Shown here in pieces: positions 23,813 to 35,335 of a stretch of DNA of 64,000 bases. The notes under the pieces are model-generated. The model ran no database searches and had not been told where the DNA came from. It saw only the letters and a program-made list of their open reading frames with translations. Position numbers and translations under genes: made by a program. Source of the stretch: Mobula hypostoma (lineage: Eukaryota); the NCBI RefSeq assembly GCF_963921235.1, contig NC_086097.1, forward strand, positions 224,380,001 to 224,444,000, read 5' to 3'. How positions within the stretch are numbered: position 1 is the stretch's first letter; the number at the start of each line of letters is the position of its first letter.

Positions 23813-24289
23813 TGAGATAGCTAATGAATCTCTGTCAAAACCCAGTGATGAACAACAGCCCTGGCTTAAACGATGCAGGTATTAAGCAGACCAGTAGGGA
23901 CCTGAAAGAATTTTTTCTTAACAGCCTTGGCATTCTCTATACTTTCAACCTGAGGAAACACTGAGGATAGCAGTCACTATGAGAATAACTACTGCCGACA
24001 GATGAAAGGAGACTTCTGTTTCACCAAGAGGAACAAGCTGTTGAGCCAAAGGATGCAGCTGCAGTGGAAGGATTCAAGCGTGGCCTTTAGCCAGAGCTGT
24101 ACATCAGCAGAACACTGCACCATGCTTCTTTCAAACTGTTCATCCTCTGCCAGCCACCAGACCCATTTCTCATCCAGGTCATCATCTGAAACCATTCATC
24201 TACACTGCACTGAAGAACTTCCATCCCTTTGACTGTTGTTTTCTTAAAATTACAACTGCCTATGAGGCCTTATGAAAATAAGACTTTAA

Positions 24290-24580
24290 GGCCCTAAGAC
24301 AAAGGAGCTGAATTAGGCTGTTCGGCCTTTCAAGACTGCTCCTCCATTCAAACAAGGCTAATTTATTATCCTTCTGAACCATTTTCTCCTGTCTTCTTCC
24401 CATAATCTTTGCCACCCTTACAAATCAAGAATCTATCAACCTCCACTTTAAATATACCCAATGACCTGGCCTCCACAGCTGTCTGTAGCAATGAATTCCA
24501 CAGATTCACCACCCTTTGGCTAAAGAAATTTCTCTTCATCTCCATTCTAAAGGGACATCCCTGAATTCTGAATCTATGCC
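24290..24580 (-). mobile_element. CR1 3' end fragment
   Basis: GGAGCTGAATTAGGC terminal motif and AATTCCACAGATTCACCACCCT. Confidence 0.75.
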
Positions 24581-24647
24581 TTCATCATCCTAAATCAGTG
24601 AAGAATCGTTTGAAATACATTTATTAAAATAGTTTTATATTTAAGAA

Positions 24648-25710
24648 TCACAAACAAGAGAAAACCTGCAGATGCTGGAAATCCAAGCAGCACACACAAA
24701 ATCCCACCACCCCATCAGAGATAGGGTTCCTCTTGTCCTCACCCATCACCCCACTAGCCTCCGTCTCCAGATATAATTCTCTGTAACTTCCGCCATCAGG
24801 ATTCCACCACCAAGCACATCTTTTCCTCCCCCTAACTTTCACCTTTTGGCAAGGATCAATCCCTACGCGACTCCCTTGTAAATTTGTCTCTCCCCACTGG
24901 TCTCCCTCCTTGCACTTATCCTTGTAAGTGGAACAAGTGCTACACCTGCCCCTACACCTCCTCCCTCACTACCGTGCAGGGCCCCACACAGTCCTTCCAG
25001 GTGAGGTGACACTTCACCTTTGAGTCTGTTGGGCTGATCTACTGTATCCGGTACTCCCGGTGTGGCCTCCTGTATATCGGTGAGACCCAACACAGATTGG
25101 GAGACCACTTCACAGAGCACCTACAATTCGTCTGCTAGAAAAAGTGGGATCTCCCAGTGGCCACCCATTGTAATTCCACTTTCCATTCCTATTTTGACAT
25201 GTCTATCCACGGCCTCCTCTGCTGTTGTGGTGAACCCACACACAGGCTGGAGTAAAAACACCTTATATTCCATCTGGGCAGCCTCCAACCTGATGGCATG
25301 AACGTCGATTTCTCAAACTTCTGATAATGCTCCCCACCCCTCACCATTCCCCATTCTCATTTCCTTCACTCACCTTATCTCCTTACCTGCCTATTACCTC
25401 TCTCTCATGTTCCTTCCCCTTTTCTTTCTTCCACGGCCTTCTGTCCTCTCCTATCAGGTTCTTCCATCTCCAGCCCTGTATCTCTTCATTCAATCAACTT
25501 CTCAGCTCTTTACTTCCCCCCTATCCCCCACCCTCCCCAGTTTCACATACCACCTTGTGGTTCTTCCTCCCCTCTCCCCACTTTCTCACTCTGCCTGTTC
25601 ATCTTTTTCTCCAGTCTGCCGAAGGGCCTCAACCCAAACGTCAACTGTACTCTTTTCCGTAGATGCTGCCTGGCCTGCAGAGTTCCTCCAGCATAGTGTG
25701 TGTGCTGCGT
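24648..25710 (+). mobile_element. PLE (Neptune-like) GIY-YIG plus pLTR, preceded by a short inverted copy of its 3' tip (24648-24702)
   Basis: LIYCIRYSRCGLLYIGETQHRLGD..LQPDGMNVDFSNF. Decayed hammerhead at about 25613-25648. Confidence 0.85.
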
Positions 25711-26636
25711 GAATTTATGAATGTTCAGTGTTCACTTGCACCACAGAGGAACATTCAGGTGCCCATTGAAACTCACTCAGATTTTCTTTTCCATTTGTCA
25801 CTATTTTCCTATCAGCCATCTCTCAGCGATAAATGTTAAAATAACCCGGTTTATCTTTTTCAGCCATCTGGAAACAGAGGAACATTAACCACAACAGTTT
25901 TCAGAAACTGGTGGGCATTATGATTAAATCATGACTTTTATTTTCATCCAAGGAACTTTTGAAGTATAAATATATAAATAGTAACTATTGATTGCCATTT
26001 GTGATCATATTGTTGATTAATCAGGTTGCTTTAAGACACCTTTGTATTTCTTGTTTGTTTAAGATACATGGATTTACTCAAAGATTTCGGATTTTTTTCA
26101 TATTTTAACTATGCCTTTAACTTATTAAAGCTGAATCAGTTCACTAACACCTTTGGCTATTGTCAGTAATTTGTAATACATATGACTGAGTTCTCTTGTG
26201 GTTACACAATCCTGCATTGTATTCCAAAGCAAGTTCTCCATTTATCCCCATTGCTGTTGTAATAGTAGCTTCTGTTGTTTGCCTTCTAGGTATGACCCTT
26301 AGTATTACATATGGCTTTATCTGTTTTGGGCAAAGCCACGGAAGATTAATAAGTGGGTACAATATTAACAGGAAAGTCAACCTTAATTTGAAGTTTGAGA
26401 TCAAGTTACCAGATAGCAATATATGGAAATCCAAAACAACATGGCAGCAGAAATGGGGTCAACACAACCACAAACAGAAGAGATCTCGAGCAATACACAC
26501 TTGAAATACTGGAGGAACTCAGTAAGTCAGGCAGCGTCAATGGAGGGGAATAAAAGTTTCAGGCTGAGACCTTCCATCTTGGTGCATGAGCCACCTGGTG
26601 GCCAGAATTTGTAATTACAATCAGAACCACAAATAA

Positions 26637-27630
26637 CAAACACAAAATACTCTGCAGATAACACACATCAAAGTTGCTGGTGAACGCAGCAGGCCAGGCA
26701 GCATCTCTAGGAAGAGGTACAGTCGACGTTTCAGGCCGAGACCCTTCGTCAGGACCAACTGAAGGAAAAGTTAGTAAGAGATATGAAACTCTGCAGATGC
26801 TGGGGTCAAAGCAACACTCACAGCACGCTGGAGGAACTCAGCAGGTCAGGCAGCATCTGTGGAAACAATCAGTCAATGTTTCGGGCTGGAACCCTTCATC
26901 AGGACTGAAGAGGGAAGGGGCAGAAGCCCTATAAAGAAGGTTGCGGGAGGGTGGGAAGGAGAAGGCTGGTAGGTTCTAGGTGAAAAACCAGTAAGGGGAA
27001 AGATAAAGGGGTGGGAGAGAGGAAGCAGGGAGGTGATAGGCAGGAAAGGTGAAGAAGGAATAGGGGAAAACACAATGGGTAGTAGAAGGAGGTGGAACCA
27101 TGAGGAAGGTGATAGGCAGTTGGGGGAGGGAGCAGAGTGAAATAGGGATAAGGGAAGGGAGGGAGAGGGAATTACAGGAAGTTGGAGAATTCTATGTTCA
27201 TACCAAGGGGCTGGAAACTATCTAGATGGTATATGAGGTGTTGCTCCTTCAACCTGAGTTTAGCCTCATCATGGTAGTAGAGGAAACCATGTCTGGACAT
27301 ATCTGAATCGGAATGGGAAGCAGAGTTGAAGTGGGTGGCTACCGGGAGATCCTGTCTGTCTTGGCGTACAGAGCAGAGGTGCTCAACGAACCAGTCCCCC
27401 AATCAGCGCTGGGTTTCACCGATGTAGAGGAGGCCGCACTGGGAGCACCGGATGCAATAGATGACCCCAACAGACTCACAAGTGAAGTGTTGCCTCACCT
27501 GGAAGGACTGTTTGGGGCCCTGAATGGTGGCAAGAGAGGAGGTGTAGGGACAGGTATAGCACTTATGCTTACAGGGTTAAGTGCCAGGTGGGAGATCCGT
27601 GGGGAGGGACGTGTGGATCAGGGAGTCGCA
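26637..27630 (-). mobile_element. PLE GIY-YIG plus pLTR with a nested younger pLTR fragment
   Basis: ORF 27172-27402 EHLCSVRQDRQDLPVATHFN..QPLGMNIEFSNF. Decayed hammerhead at 26871-26906. Confidence 0.85.
26721..26756 (-). ncRNA. Minimal hammerhead ribozyme motif (intact core) in a 128-bp insertion at 26660-26787
   Basis: Minus strand reads GGTC-CTGACGA-AGGgtctcggCCT-GAAA-C-GTC-GACT. TSD ACTCTGCAGAT at 26649-26659 and 26788-26798. Confidence 0.75.
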
Positions 27631-27631
27631 G

Positions 27632-28472
27632 AATCAAGAATCAATTAAAAATTACACACAAAGACTGACAAATAACCAATGTGCAAAAGAAGAGGAACTG
27701 TGCAAATACAAAAATATAAATAAATATATAAATAATACTGAAAATGTGAGTTCTAGAGTCCTTAACTGTGAGTCCATAGGTAGTGGCAACAGTTCAGTGT
27801 TGAGAAGAGAGAACTTATCGACACTGTTTTAGGAGCCTGATGGCTAAAGAGTAATAACTATTCCTGAACCTGGTGCTGTGGGACCTAAGGCTCCTATACC
27901 TCCTTCTCAATGGCAGAAGTGAGTAGGGAACAGGACCTCAATGGTCCTTGATGATGGATGCTGATTTCTTGTGGCATTGCTCCTTGCAGTTGAGCTCAGT
28001 GGTGGGGAGGGCTTTGCCTGTGATTGACAGGCATCAACCACGTTTGGTAGGCCTTTCCATTTTTGGGCACTGGTGTTTCCATACCAGACCATGATGCAAC
28101 CAGCCGGGATGTTCTCCACTGCATCTCTAGAAGTTTGTCAAAGTTTTAGGTGATATGCTGTACCTGTAAAACCTTTTAAGAAAGCTGAGGCCCTACCATG
28201 CTTTTCTTGTGCTGGGCCCAGGACAGGTCCTCTGAGATCCTAACACCAAGGAATTGAAAGCTATTGACCCACTCCACCCCTGATCCTCCTAATGAGAACT
28301 GACTCATGGCCCTCTGGTTTCTTCCTCCTGTTGTCATTGTCAGATCTTTGGTTTTGCTGACATTGAGTGAAAGGCTGTTGTTGTGGCACCATTCAGCCAG
28401 ATTACCAATCTCCCTCCTATATGCTGATTTGTCAGCACCTTTGATTTGCCCAACATCGGGGATGTCATCAGC
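27632..28472 (-). mobile_element. Rex1-type LINE 3' fragment
   Basis: AEWCHNNSLSLNVSKTK, FQFLGVRISEDLSW and GCIMVWYGNT. Confidence 0.8.
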
Positions 28473-29409
28473 CTTTAGACTGGAAAACGCATAATTAAAA
28501 TAAAATGTTAATAAACTGATATTGTTCATAGATCTTAGTCTTACTGAAACTCATAAAAACCGCATCTCCTTTGGAAATTAGAATTCATTACCGATTCTGT
28601 ATGTCCACATTTCTCCATTCTGTAGATGATTTCCCTTCTCCTGACCCAGTCCCAGACCTAGCATTGTAACTGAGCTGCCATTCGTACCTTTACACCAATG
28701 AGTAGGACAGGATCAACATTCAGCTTGTGTCAATGTTTAACTGTTGTTCCCAGGAGGCTTGACCGTGGTTTCAGCAAAGATTTTCTGCGCGAGTGGCCAA
28801 TGTGGTCCTGTCTGCTGTTGAATTCTGGGGCCTCGACTCATGATGCAATACTGAAGGGAAGGGGAGGGGAGGAGATTGGGTGGATGGGAAGGGGAAGGGA
28901 GGGAGGAGAAATTAATCTAACCTGAGACGGGTCACTCTGCGAACCTCATGCCTGGCTTAAATGAAACATTTCAGATTTCCAGATTTCAGGTTCATTTATT
29001 TAACACATATACATTGAAATATACAGTGAAATGCCTCATTTGAGTTAACAATCAACACAACATAAGGATGTGCTGGGGCAGTCTGCAAGTGCCGTCATAC
29101 ATTCTGGTGCCAATAAAGCAGTTCAGCAGTACAACACAAACAATAAAACAACAACATCAACATCAAATCAACAACAGCAAGCAAGCTCCTTTCCTACGCA
29201 ATGTTCAATAAACACGCTCTATAATAAGCACCTGAGTTAGGGTTCAGGCAGGGTTTGTTTTCCCTGGACTGGTTTCTGCTCTTCCTCACACATCCTGGCC
29301 CTACTGTTTCCTGAGATTTAAAAAAAATACCCAATAGCTCATATAGATTTATTACAATATCTTTGTAAATCCTTAGCTGATGTTGTTACTGTTGAGGTCT
29401 GGGAAGTGG

Positions 29410-29720
29410 AGTTGAGTGTCCAGTCAGATAAGCTCCTGCTTCATTGCTCCAGTGATCTGAGTTTAATCCTTTCCTCCGGTGTGGAGTTAGCACACTCTCT
29501 CCTCAGATGCTCCCATTTCCTCTCATATCCCAGTGATGTGCAGATTGGTAAGTTAATGGGTCACTTTGAGTCTACTCTGGCGTAGGTGTATGGTAGAATC
29601 TGGGGTGAGCTGATGTACAAAGAAGGAGAATAAGTCACCTGTAAAATTAATAGGGGAATGAGATTGCATTGGTGGAGTGTAGAACCAATGGGCCGAATGG
29701 CCTCCTTTTGCAGTGTATCA
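29410..29720 (+). mobile_element. Degenerate SINE
   Basis: GATGCTCCCATTTCCTCTCATATCCC body and a CR1-like 3' GGGCCGAATGGCCTCCT. Confidence 0.5.
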
Positions 29721-30489
29721 AAAGGAAATGGTGAAGGTTTAACATAGCAATAAGTATTTCCATTGCAAGAACACAGGCAGAAGTGATCTATGAACAATTG
29801 GCTCTCTATGACAAGTGCAGAGTCTTAAGAAAGATTATCCTTAGGCAACTAGGTTTTGACAAACTTTCCATGAAGCAGATATAAAGACTGGAAATTATGT
29901 TGGCAGTTAGAAGAAGTTATTCCTAAACCCATTTTTGTGCCAAGAGTAATAATAGGCCAACCACAATTCTTTAGCCAGGACCAACATCTAATTTCACCTT
30001 TATGTCTGCCAAGCACTGTATCACCTTCTTGCCACTTTTGGCCTCTGCATTAGTGCATTTGTGATGCAGAGTGAGCCCAAGTTCTCACCATGACCATAAC
30101 TGGCAGGATGAGAGGTGAATGTCTATTCAAATGTCCTCACTTAATCAATCATAGCCACAGCCAGAACTTCAGCCCAGTTGCTCAACATGTGGCCCCTAAC
30201 AGTTTGCACTTGACCGTACAGAAAATCCACTCCCTACATATTCTTACGTATTTGCTAATTTCATACATTTTTTGTTTGGCACCAATGCAAACTTCAAATA
30301 TTGGGAAAAATCATGTCCCAGTGGTATCATGAAGAGGTTCTGACAAAAAAAAAAGAATATATGGGCAATTCTGATATTATTGGGAAGGCTAAAAAATCAG
30401 TTAGTGGTAATCAGCAAAATTTCTTTCCTTGCTTGTGCTTAATCTGATGCTATGAATCTTCAGGGGGGCCAAAGCCAATACTGGGGCTT

Positions 30490-30808
30490 CTCCGGACCAC
30501 ACCGTAAAACTGTAAAACACCACCTCTAGTTGGAAATAACTTGGAAGATGTGTAGCACAGGCGGTTGATGGTTGGGTTGAGTTGTTCTCCAATCTTGGCA
30601 CTTTACTTGCAAACAGTTCATCACCATGGGAGGAAGACATCGTCAGTGCACTGTTGATTGTGGAGTGCCCTCCGAATGCTTGACCTTTATATACTTGAAT
30701 TTGGAGGACACACCCCAATCAACAGCGCACTGGCAATGTCTCCTCGCATGGTGACAAAACGTTAGCAAGTAAATTGCCAAGATCAGAGAACAACTCAACC
30801 CAACCATC
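30490..30808. mobile_element. Small fold-back element from a second PLE family, with two decayed hammerhead copies
   Basis: Inverted arms 30567-30660 and 30716-30808. Their consensus is GCA-CTGACGA-TGTC..GAC-GAAAC-GTT-TGC. Confidence 0.6.
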
Positions 30809-31614
30809 TCTCATGGTCTGACTCACTGACATATAGAGGACATTTGTGGAAGAGTTTGAGAAGTTGGTGTAAAAAATAATCCTGCCCAGGTCAGGGTGTT
30901 CCTGGGCTAGTTTGTGGATCACCTCTTCTAATTGGGTATCATCATGTTCATCAGGAGATTTTGCCAGGTCAGATTGGCTGACAGTGCTTTTGTTGGGTCA
31001 AACTCTGATTCCTGGACTAAACTCCTGTGGTTTCTCCTTGACTGGGCTTTGTTGTGGTGGTTTGGTACAACTGAGTGGATGACCAGATACGGCTAAGAAT
31101 GAACCGCATTATTAGAGCACTGAAGTCACTGAGAGAGAAGAGTGGCAATGGATAGATGTCCTTCCCTAAAAGTAATTTATAGACTAGATATATCTCATGA
31201 TACTTGTTACCATAGTGAACTCTAACATGAAAGCATAGATTTTAAATATTGGAAATCCAAAATATTAATAGAAGTACTGTTTGGGAATAAAAAGCATCCA
31301 TGCCAGAAGGTGTCGGATTTCCTTGAGTCAGTGCCCTTGTGCCTCAGTTTGCATTTTCTGGAGATGGAAGTCTGAACGAGCTTACCTTCTACAGCTGATC
31401 TTGAAACACTGTCCCCCTGAAAGCCCTGATGGGCTTTGATAGCTGAAGGCTATCAAAGTTTTTGTGATGGATATTCACTAGCCAGGGCCAGGGGGCCTTT
31501 TTGCCAAGCTCAGCTTTCTGCCATAGCAGCTGAAACTTCTGGAGATCAAGGAGTTATCTTAAGTAAGTTAAACTTTCAGCTGATATTCTTTGGTCAGCAT
31601 CTTGTTGGAAATGT

Positions 31615-32492
31615 GAGCTAGAAATTAAGAACCTAGTGGCATGTTGCGAAGACAATAACCTATCCCTCAATGTCAGCAAGACGAAGGAATTGGTTGTTGA
31701 CTTCAGAAGGAGTAGCGAACCGCACGACCCAATCGGCATCAGTGATGCGCAAGTGGAACAGGTCAAAATCTTTAAGTTCCTCGGGGTCAATATCACAAAT
31801 GACCTGACTTGGTCCAACCAAGCAGCCAAGAAGGCCTACCAGCACCTTTACTTCCTGAGAAAACTAAAGAAATTTGGACTGTCCCCTAAAACCCTCACTA
31901 ATTTTTATAGATGCACTGCAGAAAGCATTCTTCTAGGGTGCATCACAACCTGGTATGGAAGACCGAAAGACCGAAAGACCCAAGACCGAAAGAAGCTGCA
32001 GAAGATCGTGAACACGGTGCAGCACATCATACAAACCAATCTTCCATCCTTGGACTCACTTTACACTGCATGCTGTCGGAGCAGTGCTGCCAGGATAATC
32101 AAGGATATGACCCACCCAGCCAATACACTTTTCGTCCCTCTTCCTTCCGGGAGACGGTTCAGGAGCTTGAAGACTTGTACGGCCAGATTTGGGAACAGCT
32201 TCTTTCCAACTGTGATAAGACTGCTGAACAGATTCTGACCAGGATCTGGGCCGTACCCTCCAAATATCCGGACCTGCCTCTCAGTTTTTTTTGCACTACC
32301 TTACCTTCCATTTTTCTACTTTCTATTTATGATTCATAATTTCAATTTTTAATATTTACTAATTTTTACTATTTTTAATATTTAATATTTGTAATCCAGG
32401 GAGTGGGAAGTGCAGAATCAAATATCACTGTGATGATGGTACATTCTAGTATCAATTGTTTGGCGACAATAAAGTATAAAAGTATAAAGTAT
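31615..32492 (+). mobile_element. Rex1-type LINE 3' part with an (AAAGTAT)n tail
   Basis: ORF 31636-32238 NNLSLNVSKTKELVVDFRR, FKFLG, LYFLRKLKK and PLPSGRR. Confidence 0.88.
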
Positions 32493-33276
32493 AATGTAAA
32501 TTGCAAGCAATAATCAGCCTGAAGTTAAAAGGACAGCTTTGCAAGCAAACAGCATTGTCAGTAGAGCACAGCTTGCTGGCCGACAGGACAAGGCTTATTG
32601 ATCAAGAGCTGTAGTGTAAGACAATTGCGTTATGTTCATTGGTCTCGCATCAAACCAGGTAACACTGGTTAAGTTATTTAGTACAAACAAGCTTGCAGAC
32701 CAGATTGATACTATCAGTTAGCACATCAAATAGCAGATCTATCAATAGGTGGAAAGTTTAAGTACTCAGAGGGTCACCTCTCTCTGCATTGAAGTGTGGT
32801 GTTTGGGACTCTGTCCCAGAAGCTTTTAGGCCATCTGTGTGAAAAGATATCTTAGAAAAATCACAACTGTATGAAGTCACCCAAGGAGCAAAGTAACAGC
32901 ATAAATGTTAGACGGCAGACAGGTTTGTTATGAATGGTCCAGGAACAACAAGAAGAGCGACAGAAAGATGGGGTGCATAAGACTCAGTTCTTCTGCCTTT
33001 CATCTCTGTGATGGAAGGCTCATTTGTCTGCAACTCACGTGTCTTTTCAGCTTATTGGAATGGTACCCGTGTCTTGGAAATCCTTTGTGTTTTAGAAATT
33101 GTTTTAAATTTGGAAATCTTTTATAAGATAAAAATCCTCTGTGATTTGTTAATGTTTTTCAAGAATTGTATTTAAATTTAAACATGCATCACTAAACTAA
33201 GCGAACTGTGTTTAAACTATTTTGTTAGCTGGAAGGACCTACTACTCAAATAGCAGGTAATGACAGCTAAACTCAC

Positions 33277-33370
33277 CTGTGCAGGATAAACAGGGAAGCG
33301 ATCTAGCCTTTGAAGAGTGGCTGGCTACAGTAAAATCTCCCTTTAGTGAGGGTACTTGCAGCTATTTATA
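33277..33370 (-). promoter_or_regulatory. Candidate TATA box plus short first exon
   Basis: TATAAATA at 33370-33363 and a consensus donor CAG|GTGAGT at 33277/33276, in non-repetitive sequence. Confidence 0.3.
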
Positions 33371-33549
33371 TTGGATGGAGCTTAAGGTCTTTGTCTGAGT
33401 TTAGAATTTCACAGTCAGTAAACTTAATACCATCACACCTTTGAAAAGTTTATGACAGTACTTAACCATTCTGAAAGTTAGAGGCATTTAAAACCTACTA
33501 AAACAGAATTTTAAAAGCTACATAATCAAAAAAAAAACCTAAAAGATCA

Positions 33550-34620
33550 AATAAACACAAAAGATTCTACAGATGCTGGAAATCCAGTGATACAAACAGA
33601 ATTCTCAAGGAACTTAACGGATCAAGCGGCATATATGAAGTGGAATAAACAATCGATGTTATAGGCTGAGACTCTTCGTCAGGGCTGGAAAGGAAGGGGG
33701 AAGATACCAATTTATTGACAAGTGTACCAAACACTAACAGATAGTTAAAGGAGGTCTTTGTCCATAGGGCAAATGACCCTAAGTGAACGAGGGTCATATG
33801 TCTTTAAACCTTCAAACCTGAGTGGCTAGATGTGAAATTTTCAGTCTCTCTCTTTTAGTAATCAGTTCTCAGTGGCAAGAAGACGACCTGTTAGCAACAG
33901 TGCTTCAGGATATCTCAGATTTTCAGACCTTGTTCTGCATGCATCAGTCTGATATGTTTCTCTGCCTACAAATACGAGGAAATTAGCAGATGCTGGAAAT
34001 CAAAGCAACACTCACAAAACTCAACAGACCAGGCAGAATCTATGGAAAAGAGTGAACAGTCAATGTTTCAGACTGAGACCCTTCACCAGGACTGGAAATT
34101 CAGAGTAAGAAGGTGGGGGTAGGAGAGGAAGAAGTAGAGGGTGGTAGGTGATAGGTGAAACTGGGAAGGGGGAGGGGTGGAGAAAAGAGTTGGGCAGTTG
34201 ATTGGTGAAAGAGATAAAGGGCTGGAGAAGAGGGAATCTGATAGGAGGGGACAGAAGACCATGGAAGAAAGGGAAGGGGAGGAGCACTCGAGGGAGGTGA
34301 TGGATAGGTAAAGAGATAAGGTGAGAGAGCGAAACAGGAACGAGGAATGCTGAAGGGGGGGGGGGAGCATTACCAGAGGTTTGAGAAATCGATGTTCATG
34401 CCATCATGTTGGAGGCTACTCAGACAGAATATAAGGTGCTACTCCTCCAAACTGAGTGTGACTTCATCATGGCAGTAGAGGAGGCTACGGATTGACATTT
34501 CGGAATGGAAGTATAATTGAAATAGGTAGCCACTAGGAGATCCTGCTTTTTGTGGCAGATGGAGCGTAGGTGCTCGGCAAAGTGGTCTCCCAATCTAGGT
34601 TGGGTCTCACCGATATACTG
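33550..34620 (-). mobile_element. Two PLE fragments (33550-33715 pLTR; 33968-34620 pLTR plus GIY-YIG end)
   Basis: YIGETQPRLGDHFAEHLRS. Decayed hammerheads at about 33651-33686 and 34058-34093. Confidence 0.8.
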
Positions 34621-34659
34621 AATGCTGCTTGACGTAGATTGAGGGACCAACCTGATGGC

Positions 34660-35335
34660 ACATTACAGGCTTTTTGGCCCAAATGTTGTGCTGGCCATGT
34701 AACCGACTCTAGAAGCTGCCTAGAATTTCACTGCCGCATAGCCCTCTATTTTTCAAAGCTCCATGTACCTATCTAAGAGTCTCTTAAAAGACCCTATCGT
34801 ATCTGCCTCCACCACCGACGCCAGCAATGCATTCCAAGCACCCACCACTCTTCGTGAAAAACTCACCTCTGACATCCCCTTTGTACCTACTTCCAAGCAC
34901 CTTAAAACTATGCCCCATTATGTTAGCCATTTCAACCCTGGGAAAAAAGCCTCTGGCTATCCACATGATCAATACCTTTCATCATCTTATACACCTCCAT
35001 CGCTCCAAAGAGAAAAGGCCAAGTTCACTCAACCTATTCTCATAAGGTACGCTCTCCAATCCAGGTAAAATCCTTGTAAATCTCCTGTGCACTCTCTCTA
35101 TAGTATCCACATCTTTCCTGTAATGAGGTGACCAGAATTGAACACAGTACTCTAAGTGGGGTCTGACCAAGGTCTTATATAGCTGTAACATTACCTCATG
35201 GCTCTTGAACTCAATCCCACAGTTAATGAAGGCCATCACACCACACACCTTCTTAACAACACTGTCAACCTGCGCAGCAGCTTGAGTGTCCTGTGGACAC
35301 GGATTCCAAGATCTTGCTGATCCTCCTCACTGCCA
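34660..35335 (-). mobile_element. CR1 3' fragment
   Basis: LYKTLVRPHLEYCVQFWSPHYRKD. Confidence 0.9.

Noticed and set aside
26144..26504. Overlapping 96-aa and 102-aa ORFs in unique sequence
   Set aside because: No recognisable domain and weak splice or start context. The length is compatible with chance.
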